Origin: Heptranchias perlo
Lineage: Eukaryota
DNA length: 64,000 nt
Direction of reading: 5' to 3'
Assembly: GCF_035084215.1 (NCBI RefSeq)
Contig: NC_090366.1
Span: 3,596,001 to 3,660,000, forward strand
Part shown: positions 50,201-61,539 of the stretch, piece by piece
Layout of the letters: each line of letters begins with the position of its first letter
Numbering within the stretch: the first letter of the stretch is position 1
Made by a program: the position numbers and the translations under genes
Notes under the pieces: generated by a model
Databases searched by the model: none
Seen by the model: the letters and a program-made list of their open reading frames with translations, nothing else
Told to the model about the DNA's origin: nothing

Positions 50201-53200
50201 CTGTTAGTATTTAATCTTATAAACTTCTACCTTTGTGATTGACTAACGTGTTCTTCCACTTCAGGGCCGCTGGGATCAATCCCCCGCACATTAATTCTTG
50301 CGTTTCACATCTCACATATTCATTAATTTTGTTTTAACCAGTCCAGATACATTTTACGTGGTTTTGTGCATTGGGCTCTCTGGTTTTTAACGATGTTTTT
50401 TCACTCTAAATATGGTCAAATTCTCCTTCTTTTACTGGCCTTCCTGAAAATATTACTGACATCGGCTATTGAGAGAGTTGTGTGAACACGGGGGAAATAA
50501 CACCAATGCGTAGTCACTGTGGAGCGGATCTCTGATGTCCCTTTTAACATTTAATAGATTCACACAGTACTTACGTTGTATAAATGATATAATGTTAATC
50601 AGTTACTCTGTGGCTAAAACGGTAATCTGGCATTGGGATCCTTTGGAATAATATTGGACATAAATCACACCCGAGGAACCACCAGCATTACTCCAATGGT
50701 CTGGGAAAAATTTTAATCAGAGTGACTGACAAGAATTAACTGATAGACAGTCCTTTTAATTGATTATCCAGTCTCGGTCTCACTACATTGAGCATAACAA
50801 CAACTTTAGAACCTGTTTATCAACAAGCTAGTTGAATCAAGCATAGAGCGGGTATTTACATTCAACGGCCATTGTAAGTGTTTTCTGAACAGTAGCTTCG
50901 ACACCTTCAACTATAAGTTTACATCCCAGCGTTTTCCCATGAATGTCCGAGGATGGGACGAAGGTGAAAATGGATGAAACCCTCCGGTAACCATCGAAAC
51001 CGTTGACATTCTGTTCTGAAGTTTTAGTCTCTGTCTGAAAAGGAAAGTGTCCTTGATCATAAGTCCACTTCAGCTCAAGGTTGGCGGATGGGCAATTGTG
51101 GGTGATCGAGCAGGTCAGTTGCGCTGGTTGTCCAGCGATCAATTCCCCAGAGACTGATATACTTGTTTTTTCTGTAAGGGGAGAAGGAAATTATAGTGAA
51201 TTTCAATTTTGAAAACGGCCAATAATGTGCCAGGCGATTCAACCCAAGGACTGGGAAAATATCACCTTAAAAATGAATCCTGTTCTATTCCTCCTGCTCT
51301 CAGCTGCAGGGAATGATGCCTCAAGTCAATTACTCCTTACAATTACTGAACTAATCGGATCACATATGCACTCAGCCGCTTTATCACATGAATTATTCAC
51401 GTTATTGGCCAGTGAATTAATTTCCACTCACCCCCACTACGTTGCTGACAATTCAAAATGAGCACTTCAAATATCAGCAAGCATTAAACCCGCTCATGTC
51501 CTCATTGGGTAAATAAATTGCTTGATGTGATACTGTACCATTAGGCCAGCCCGGTCCCACATTCCATCCCAAGTCTGTGGCTGGGATAGAACCTGGTATC
51601 TTCTTTGCCCGAACTGCTTCAAAAAACGATGGCTGAAGATAGTCCTGACTGGGAACCGAGAGCCTGATACAATCTTACGGGAGGAAACAACAAACAGGCC
51701 TGTCCTGAAAAAGTCATGCAGTCTTCAGCGGAAATATCATGCTGGTGGTGTGCGATGGAATCAATAATTAAATCAGAATTGGAAATCCGGTCAATTGTCG
51801 CGTAGGCATTAGGTTATTAAATATTGAAAGACAAATCTCAGTCCCAAACCTGCGGGGACTCGGGAAGGTCTCTGTAAAACTTAATCTGTCGGTGATGAGG
51901 AAGCGAAAATTGTGAACTTATATTGTTTAATAATCGGAGAAAGGGACAAATTTAGTAGTTTTAGGTGACTGGGAGTTGCCCTGTGGGTTTCACCACCCAT
52001 CGGTCATTAGGTATTTTGGGAAATTTATTTGTTGAAAATTGTACTTGGACGATTGGAAATTGGTCCTTATTGGCCTTTTCTTTATTATGATAATGGACTT
52101 AAAATTATCACTTGGGATAATAACAGAAGACGTTTCTGTCTAATTTCTTGCCACGCCGTTTTAGTGAGCTTTTCTCCATCTATTCTACACGGGTTAACAT
52201 TTCAGCTAAACCTAAGCATTCAAAGGCTCCAAGTGCATGGTTTAATTTGGCGGCCCGTGAGCTCTTTAACGAATTTGTTTGAGTCGGGTTACTGGGATAA
52301 ATAACCCGCAGTCGTTATTCATGCACTCTTTATGACCTGCGCGGTGTGACAATTCATGGAAAAACGTACAAAGAGACGCGTCCATCTGACTCCCATTGGG
52401 ACTATTCAAGGTAAAGCAGGGATGTTCTCCCCGCTGTCTTGGCCAAAATATATCCACCAAGAAACTCCTAAAAACAGATTACCTGATCATTATCTCATTG
52501 CTGTTTGAGAGACCTTGCTGTGCGACAATTGGCTGGGGGATTTTCTACATTACACAAATCATTACGCTTCAAAGTACTTCATTGGCTGTAAAGCTTATTG
52601 GGATGTCCTGATATTTGAAACTCCCGATATCAATTCAATCTTTATTTTTTATTCCTTTATGATATGGAGACCTATAGGTGATTTGACCCTAGAAATCCCT
52701 CCCGTGTTTAAACCATGTCCACCTTCCCTTCCATCAGAATTGCAAACGATGACTTACTTTTGCGCATCAATTATGGATTGAAGTTTGACCCGCCGGTCTG
52801 TACGGTTGCACTTACTAACTGAACAACGCAGGGCGCTTCTGTAAGTTTTTAAGAATACCAATGCCATTTTTCAACTCAAGTCAAGTATTATTCAATGGAC
52901 CAGCCCGGCAGCTGTCGCCAGTGACGAAGGCCAAAAGTATCACGATAACTTTGCATCCGTGGTTTAAATTAAATGGCACTGAGGAGACGGAATATAAACT
53001 ACAAAAAGAACAAATGAAAAAATCTTACCTAAAATATAAAGACTGACGTGAGATGCGGATGTGTTTTGTTCTATACTATACTGGGATTTGCTGATCTTCG
53101 GTCTGAAGTAATAGTCACCTTCATCACTCTTCCTGATATCTTTTATCCGTAAGAAACATTGTTTCCTTGCAAAGTTGCCGCTCAACTCAGTTCGTCCTCG

Positions 53201-53822
53201 ATAATTAAAGTTTATTTTGTCTAAATCTCGGGGATCATGGACAATAAAGACCGCATGGCTTCTAGGGTCAGAACCCCCCTTCAACCACATACCCCATGGA
53301 CTGTGGCCATAGACGGGATAATCAAATGTACACGGGATCTCTGCACATGAACCTTTCACTGCCGACACAAACCACGGCATCTTCACAGACCATCGTGAAC
53401 AAAGGACAACTGATGAAAAATAGAAATTAAACACCCATTGAAATCCCTAATAACATATCAATTGAAACATTCCATGGCATTCCAGCTAAATACTGTTAAA
53501 AATAACCTTTAAACATTCACGAACATATTCATTAGTACGTCTATTAAAGCGTGTGAAATTATCACTAAAACTCTTTAAATTCCATCAAAATGTCGATTAC
53601 AGTCGAAGAAAACAGAAATATTCAAAAAATATCCTACTAAAATACAGAATAAAAGTCCGAATACAATGTACCTTAAATACCCACTTCTGAATTTACAAAC
53701 CACTAAATAACCATATACGATTTGTATCACTAATTACCTTGTTACTTTGCCACATAAGTTGTTAAAAAGAATATTTTACCGTTGCTAAATAGCAGGATGA
53801 AAATAACCTTAATGCTCTTCAT
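47158..53822 (-). CDS. Siglec-like gene C, putative activating type (V + 2 C2 + Arg-TM + short tail), ~401 aa
   Basis: Exons 53822-53780, 53409-53029, 51171-50860, 49874-49590, 48558-48456 and 47239-47158 join in frame (1206 nt) without internal stops; the acceptor of the last coding exon is the least certain part. Confidence 0.8.
47380..47810 (-). mobile_element. CR1 LINE 3' fragment
   Basis: ERLEKLGLFS.E.RRLRGDL..TRGHRFKV..QRVVMIWN. Confidence 0.88.
48456..48558 (-). CDS. Gene C transmembrane exon with intramembrane Arg
   Basis: ttttag|GA..AG|gtatga, 103 nt; GTISWKIVMAIRTAVAVFILIAAISMVKIERNSYR. Confidence 0.85.
49590..49874 (-). CDS. Gene C membrane-proximal Ig exon
   Basis: Intact 285-nt paralog of 27149-27433, GT-AG. 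Confidence 0.88.
50860..51171 (-). CDS. Gene C Ig domain 2 exon
   Basis: Intact 312-nt paralog of 819-1130. Confidence 0.9.
53029..53409 (-). CDS. Gene C V-set exon (Arg retained)
   Basis: 381 nt; GSCAEIPC..CFLRI..DEGDYYFR; GT-AG. Confidence 0.92.
53780..53822 (-). CDS. Gene C signal-peptide exon
   Basis: MKSIKVIFILLFSN + G|gtaaaa, 43 nt. Confidence 0.8.
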
Positions 53823-55779
53823 TAGTATCACGGTATTTCACTGTGTCAAAGTGATCAAAACAAAACTGCCTCAGATCGAAGATTAATTACGTATCTTGAC
53901 TCCGGAGGTCAGCTGTTCGGCACCAACCAATCCAGGCCAACCGTGATAGCTCATACAGCTTGAAACACTCCTCCACTGTTGGTGACCATTACTGCAACCA
54001 CTCTGGGACAGTTCGATGATGACAATGTGACTTCAGTGTGTGGCCCGCAGTTCCAGGACGTGATAACTCCAAACTACTGATAAAGTCAGATAAATGGCCC
54101 CACCTCATCATCTGCACAGTTACAGGGCAGGCGATGACATTTTAAATTGCAAACTCTAAAATAATCTTCTACACCAAGTGTTAGACGCCCACACTCACAA
54201 CTCCCACATATTTAGCTAATTTTCAGCACTTGAGCTCTGAATGTTTGTAATGTGCAGCTGTGGTTAGTTCTGCAGCCGCTGTCTCCAGACATGTGGGTTT
54301 ATCATCTTCAGTCGTTTGGGGCGCAACACGCATCTGAAACATCAAAGACACAAAAGGGTTTGTCAGTAAACAGTTTCAGACAGGCAAATGGCCATTTTTC
54401 GAAGTGACCTCAAGTATTTATATTCACACTCCAGAGGTATGAAATCTGCTGAAATTAACTCATTTATATCCAAGTTGCTTCAATAACCCGTTTATGATTT
54501 TTCTGATGCTGGATCTGGGACGCATGACTGGATCTTATAAATTCGTGTGTCAGTACTACAGGAAACAAGATATTTTTATCAATATAATTAAATTCCTTCA
54601 AATTGATCAGTGAGAGCAAATCTTAGATCCAATCAAACACCGCCCACCTTCAACTGAGCGCATTTCAGATTAGTTTAAGAAGCAGAATAAGTTCAGACTA
54701 GTTGGAAGCTAAGAGGCCCGTATCACCGCTGCCTTGGACACGGGGTTAGTGATCAATAAATATCTTAAATTATACGTCCCAGTAAAGCCTCGGATGAGCC
54801 TCGTACAGTTTGCTCAACTCATTTTTTCCATTTTCTGTTTCACAATTCTAAACCTGAAATCCGTTCCACTTTCATGATGAAATCGCTCATTTTCTGCCGC
54901 ACTCTCAAGTGACCAATTTTTGCACGTTCTAGTCATACTTATTGGACTTCTCGACACGGGAAACATAATTCACTCTCCGATATATCCCCACGTCCACAAG
55001 GAGAAGGGTGACGGCAGCCAGGCGAGATAAATCTGGACTCTTGGACATCCCGTGAACCCAAAGGCTTGTAGCAAACCAGAAAATGCTGGAAACATATTAC
55101 AGGTCAGTCGCTATCGGTAGGCGAGAAGAAATTAGTAAATTTTGGGTAAATAGTTCATCAGAATTGAAAGCAGGCATTTTATTAAAGTGAAAGAAAGGAG
55201 GTCTTGAAGAGAACGATGTCTCACATTACAGAATGGCGACTAATCGTTTACAAATCGGTTACTTGAAATCTATTAGGAAATATAAAATATCATCGGGGAG
55301 TGAAAGGAAATACAATATACGAACGTAGGAATGTGTAAGTATTTAATCGGATGAAAATTGTCTCGGCGAAACACTCAATGTAGAGCTCTGAATGTGACTA
55401 TTTGAGCCTTCTAGGATGTACACGCACTGGCCTGAACATGCAATGCCAGTTTCCTTGAAATATCTGTAGGTTCAGGAATTCAGAAGAGGGAGCGCTGACT
55501 TCTCGGGCGTGACCGTGTACCAATCCAGCTTCCCTTAAATGCATCTGTGCTATTCTCCTCAACCACTCTTTGTGGCAGCGAGTTCCACATTCTAACGACT
55601 CTCTGGGTAAAGACGTTTCTCGTGAATTCCCTATTGCATTGAATAACGACTATATTATATTTATCTTGATTTTCAAAACCCTTCATAATTTTAAGATGGT
55701 CTATTAGGTCACCTCTCAGTCTTCTCTTTTCCAGAGAAAACAGAGAGTGCAGGAGCGTGAGTGGGCACGGATGCACGCT

Positions 55780-56380
55780 CAGATCCATGCCCAGTTCAGC
55801 TTTACTGACTAGTTTAGGAAAGTGTGTTCAGATCCAGGGCACAGTTTGGAATGACTGACTGGTTTATCGATCTGTATTCAGATCCAGGGCCATTGGTTTT
55901 ACTGATTAGTTTAGGGATGTCGGTTCAGGTCCGGGTACCATTTAGTCTTACTGACCAGTTTAGGAATGCGTGTTCAGGTTGAGGGCCAGTTTGGTTTTAC
56001 TGACTAGATTACGGATTGTTTTCAGATCCAGGACCCAGTATGGTTTTACTGACCAGATTAGGGATTGTTTTCAGATCCACGGCCCGGTTTGGTTTCATTG
56101 ACTAGTTTAATGATGTGTGTTCGGCTCCAGGCCCAATTCACTTTTGCTGACCAATTTAGGGATGTGTGTTCCGATTGAGGCCTCAGTTTGGTTTTACTGA
56201 CTAGTTTAGGGATGTGGGTTCACCTACATTGCCCGATTCGTTTTAACTTTCTAGTGTGGGGATGTGTTCACAGATCCAGGTCCCAGTTTGGTTTTATTGA
56301 TTAATTTAGGTTTGTTTGTTCAGATTCATTGCCCAATTTTGTTTTACTGACTAGTTTAGGGATTGTGTTCAGATGCAGGC
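55780..56380. repeat. ~50-bp minisatellite, copy 3
   Basis: Colinear with 5641-6240. Confidence 0.9.
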
Positions 56381-57277
56381 TCCACACAAGAACCAGCTCG
56401 CTCTCAAGCTGACAGCTGAAGTGGTGTGTGGTCAGCCCAAGGGCTCTGGCTGTTCATATGATGCTACGTCATAGTCTCTGCACTGTTCACATTGGGAACG
56501 AGTCAGTGTCTCAACCACTGTTCTCATTTAGTGTGGCTGCACCGAGGTGGGTTTAATTGCACCGTGTGCCAGTACAGCTGCAGAGCAGAGGTGTAAAGAG
56601 CTCGGTTCTATTTAGAGCCCAATTAGTTACGGTTTATACAGCAACTATGTATCGCTGCTATCTATGACGCTGTTGGGGTGTGCATCATTCTGGACAATTA
56701 AACCAGAATGAGCTTACTTGTGGTCAGGTAACATCCGGTTATAGTTTGTGCTGCACCGTGAAAGGAGCTGTTGTGTTTTCAGCTGAATGTTTAAAGTGTA
56801 ATGCAAGGTGAGAGATCAGAACTTGAATATTAATAATATATCCACATCATTAATAATACCTGCTAATAACGATGGCGTTATTAAGGTATCAGCTGTGGTT
56901 CAGTGGGTAGTGCAGCATCAGGCACAACTGTGAGCATGTAACACCGTCCAAGGAGGATTTCTACACTAAAATGTTCTGAAAAGGAAGGAAGAATTGGGAA
57001 GGGAGACGAACAATCAGTTTACTGGTAAATAGTAATAGATCCCCCATGTGCTGGCAGTGTGTGGCGGGATTCAACACAGTAGACCCACCGCGCCACCTAT
57101 TTGTCACAGCCACAAACTAAGCCTGCATTCGAACTCGTGGCATTAACTATATTAACATGTCGCTAATGCACAGAGTGCAGAGGCAGGAGAGACCTGAGTG
57201 ACTCTCTACCCACTCTGCCCCATGGCAGTTTGTGTTTCGCAAAACTGATTCTTACTAATTCAAAGCAGAAATACTCG

Positions 57278-58685
57278 TTTGTGTATCTGTAGCACGTGTT
57301 CTTTGTGTATCTGAACCATGTGTATTTTGGGTATCTGTACCACGTGTCTTTTGTGCAGCTGTATCACTTTTTTTGTAGCTATACCACGTGTGCTTTGACT
57401 ATCCATATCGAGTGTTCTTTGTATATCTGCATCACATGTTCTTTCCGTATCTGTACCACGTGATTTTATGTATCTGTGCTACGTGTTCTTTGTTGATCTG
57501 TAACAACTAGTCTTTCTTTACCTGTTCCTCGTGTTTTTGATGTATCTGTACCATGTGTTCCTTGTGCCTATGTAACGTGATGATTGTGTATCCTTACAAC
57601 ATGTTATTTGTGTAACTGTACCACGTGTTCCTTGTGTAACTGTACCACTTGTTTTTTGTGAATACATACCCAGTGTTCTTTTTCGATCTATCCCCCGTTT
57701 TCTTTGTGCATCTGTACTACGTCTGCTTGGCGTACGTTTACCACAATTCTATGTGCATCTGCACCAAATGCTATTTGTGTATCTGAAACAAGTGTTTTTA
57801 TGTATTTGTACCGAATGTACTTTGTGTATCTGTACCACGCGCTCCTTTTATATGTGCACCACATGTTATTTCTGTATCTGGACCATGTGTTCTTTATCTA
57901 TCTGTACCACTTGTTCTTTGTGCATCTGTGCCAGGTGTTCCTTGTGTATCTGCACCAAGTGGTGTTTGTGTATCAGTACCACGTATTTTTTATGCATCTC
58001 CATATATTCTGCGCATATTTATAACGTGTGAACATTGTGTATCTGTATCACGTGTTCGTTTTGTATTTGTACCAAGTGTTCTTTGTGTATCAGTCCCACG
58101 TGTTCATTGTGTATCGGTACCAAGTGTTCTTTGTGCATCTGTGCAAGTCTTCTTTGGCTATCTATTTCTGCGTATCTGTACCAGATGTGTTTTTTTTTAA
58201 TCTGCACAGCAATTATTTGTGTATCTGTGTCACGTGTGCTTCGTATAGCTTTTTTGTGTATTGGTACCAAGTTATGTTTGTGCATCTGTAACACGTGTTC
58301 TTTGTGTGCCTGCAACGCGTGTACTTTGTGTATCTGTACCACGTAATCTTTGTGTATCTGTAAATCGCATCCTTTTTGTATCTGTACCAAATATTCTTTG
58401 CGTATCTGTACCAGTGCCTTGTGTATCTGTGCAAAATGTGCTTTGTATATTTGTACCACAATTCTTTGTGTATCGTAACACGTGTTTTTTTGTGTATCCG
58501 TACCACGTGTTCGATAATTGTCTGTGCCTCGTGTTCTTTGTGGATCGGTACCACGTGTTCTTTGTGTATCTGCCCCACGTGTACTTTGTGGATCTGTATA
58601 ACGTGCCTTTGTGTATCTGTACCAACAGTTCTTTTTGCATCTGCACTCTCTGTTCTTTGTGTACCTGCATCAGATTTCCTTTGTA
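57278..58685. repeat. 24-bp minisatellite, copy 3
   Basis: Colinear with 7140-8490. Confidence 0.95.
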
Positions 58686-58691
58686 TTGCAG

Positions 58692-58848
58692 GGAGGTCAT
58701 TGTGAGAACGATCCAGACAATAACGTCGGGGAACTGATAGCAGATTCGACTGAGCAGAAACAAGAAATTAATTACGCCACTGTGCACTTTCCAACTGTTC
58801 CTCCAGGGCATAGAGTTGAGTAAATATGCTGATATTAAGTATAACTGA
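58692..58848 (+). pseudogene. Orphan ITIM exon, copy 3
   Basis: tattgcag| GGHCENDP...QEINYATVHF..RVE*; out-of-frame YADIKYN*. Confidence 0.55.
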
Positions 58849-58890
58849 AAAAGACCAGAACCTGCAGAGGCCGCATTATCTGATTGCCCA

Positions 58891-59656
58891 TGTTGGCCAG
58901 GAGCTGCAGAAAACTACTGAGTTCAATTCGAATTGCTGACAAAGAGACTAACTTTTGAACTGAGGTGACCTGGAGTTCAGTTACTGGTCTGAACTGGCCA
59001 GAACCGGTTTCAATTCGTTCCGCTTCTTAGAGGGACAAAGGAGCTTTGATGAGACACCAGGCCTTATTTAGAAAAGGAGTAATGAGGTGATGCTACCAAG
59101 CCCCTTGGAACAGAGCCAATCAGGGGATGACACTGACCACTCCAGCAACTTTAAGCCAACCGGAGAAGACAGCATCATTCGAAAAGACAGGCTTGAATTT
59201 AAAACTGAAAAAATGCAGGCTTGGTGCCAGTGGTTTGTGAGGGAGACTCCGGAGACGAACCATCGCGGAAATAGGGACCCTACGTCAGGGACGTAGAGAC
59301 TACGTCAGGGACGTAGAGACGACGTCGAGAGATAGAGAACGAATCGCCTGGCCAGCATTATCTCTCCTTTCCAGGTAACATAATATCCTTTCTATTCTGT
59401 GACCACTCAGGGAGTGTTAGTCAGAGAAACCTAGTGGGTGTGCGTTTAAATCTTAATACTCAGGGAGTGTTAGTCAGGGAAACCTAGTGGGTGTGCGTTT
59501 AAATCCTAGTTTGAGTATAAAACTGTATAACTTGCTGTACACTGCATGCCTATATCTAAGCAGACGTATAAGCGGTATGTACATGATCTAAAGAGAGAAT
59601 TGACTCTTCCTCTGTGTACTAAGCCAAAACCTGTAACCGGTGACTTCCCGTCAACA
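58891..59656 (+). repeat. 5' LTR (766 bp)
   Basis: TGTTG...CAACA inverted termini, followed 4 nt later by the PBS; internal 20-bp and ~52-bp tandem repeats. Confidence 0.85.
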
Positions 59657-59660
59657 TCTT

Positions 59661-59682
59661 TGGCGTCCCTGGGTGGGCTCGA
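59661..59682 (+). promoter_or_regulatory. Primer-binding site complementary to tRNA-Asn(GTT)
   Basis: TGGCGTCCCTGGGTGGGCTCGA is the reverse complement of the vertebrate tRNA-Asn 3' end TCGAGCCCACCCAGGGACG-CCA (recalled sequence). Confidence 0.85.
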
Positions 59683-59786
59683 GGATAAATCTCTCCATTG
59701 CGTCAGTAGGAGCCTCGAGGCGAACCGAATTTGGCAAAGTATACAGAGAACAGGAGTTTGGGTTAATTCATAGTTAATAACGTAAG

Positions 59787-61520
59787 ATGACGAATAAAGG
59801 GAAATCACCAAGCCCTGGGGACTTGGACTGTTTTGATTGGAAGGGACTCCTTCAAAAATATTTAATAGGGAAGTGGCCGCAATACGGGGAGTATGCGGGT
59901 CACATTGGAGACAAGGGAACGCCTGTTGGGGAGGTCCTTTGGAGAATTGCGCAAAGAAAGATGTCAGATAGGAAATTTAAAAAGATACAGAAGTCCGTAG
60001 CGATCGGATGTTTACTTGAGGAATGGATAGAATGCCGACAGCAGGCTAGGAGAGAGAGAGAAGAGACTCAGAAAATCCAAGACGGATTAGAATTAGAGAA
60101 TAAAAAACTCCGTGAGGAGCTAGCCCGCCTTAGTGCGAAGGTAACTGATCTACAGGGACAGAGAAGTGCAGATTTGATGCACATGAACCAATATCAGTTA
60201 CATTGCGAAAAATTGATCAATGAAAAGAGTAAGAGAGAGGGAAACAACAATGTAGTGATTTAAAAACTGCTATGAATGTGATTCACAGATCAGCTCAGGA
60301 GAAGAGGAGTAGTCCCGGCGATCACACAACGTGTCAGAAAGTGATATGGAGTCTGCAAGATCAGCCAGCCGCACAGAGGGGCGTATTGTGTGCTTTTGCA
60401 GCCGGAAGAGGTGAAGAAAGTGGTCTAGGGGATGTAGATTGGGATAATTTAGCAGACGAGGCGGATAGATACAGCAGCGGTGATAGGGAACCTCCACTAG
60501 GGGACCCACCGCCAGCATATGCTGCAGAGCCGAAAAAACCGCCTGCCCCAATGGCCCCCCTTGTAACCACTAGAGCACAGATGGGGTAGGATGGCCAGGA
60601 TATGAAATATCCCACCCCACTTGGGGTACAAGAACTGAGGGTTATTGCGAAAGATATTGGGACGTGTGCGCCTGGGGATGACCCTAGTGAGTTGTTCCTA
60701 GCGGGCAGGCAACAGAGAGCAATACACGGCTTAGACGATGCTGAGGAAAGGAAATTAATCCTAATGTGCCTACACCCACATATACACTCCGCCCTAACGG
60801 AGGAACAAAAACTTGGTAGAGGCACGAATGAAGCCTTAAAGGACCAGGTATTATCTGTCATGGGCGATAACAGAGGGGATCCAGTGGAGGCGCTGATGAA
60901 ATGCTATCAAAGAAAAGGTGAACACCCCACTGTATTTTCGGCCCGAATTTGGGCAGTGTTTCAGGGGGACTACGGTGCAGACTTAGACAGGGATAATTTA
61001 CAGCGGGAGGTTAGGAACCGATGGCTGAGAACACTAGTGTCGCATGGCACTGAGGAGTCGAGGAAGGCACTAGATCAGTTTGACCCCGCTGATGACACAC
61101 ATACGGAACCCAGGATAATTAGGAAGATGTTTAGAGTATGGGAAAGGGAAATACCAAAACGATCCAAGGCATCTGGGAACAGAGCAATGCCTGTTAGAGA
61201 TCAGGCGATAACCTGGAGAAATGAAGGGAGGGGACCTACTCAGGGGGAACCCCCTCCAGCTTATCAGACAGTGGGAAGAGTTAGAGGCAGAGGAAGAGGA
61301 AACTTCTCGGGAACGGGGAGAGCTCAAGGCGAGGTGTCCAACTGCTATAACTGTGGCCAGGAGGGACACTTTGCAAGGACTGCCCGAACCCGAGACGAGA
61401 GAATGCAAGTCGTGGAAGAAATCAGACCCTACCCGTGAAAGGGCCGAATAGACCAAGTCCTCAATGTGATACGATAGACATATCACCGAGTTCCGGTTTG
61501 TGCCCCGAACTGCAATGACG
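59787..61520 (+). pseudogene. gag: gag, disrupted
   Basis: Coiled-coil N-terminus, PPPAY late-domain motifs (twice), capsid-like segment, GR-rich stretch, CYNCGQEGHFAR(DC) zinc knuckle with the last Cys displaced by a frameshift. Confidence 0.8.
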
Positions 61521-61539
61521 GTCTCAGGCCTCTCCATTA

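Noticed and set aside
59661-59682. tRNA gene
   Set aside because: Only a 22-nt antisense match including CCA, next to the LTR end, so it is a PBS; the SINE heads are likewise not full tRNAs.
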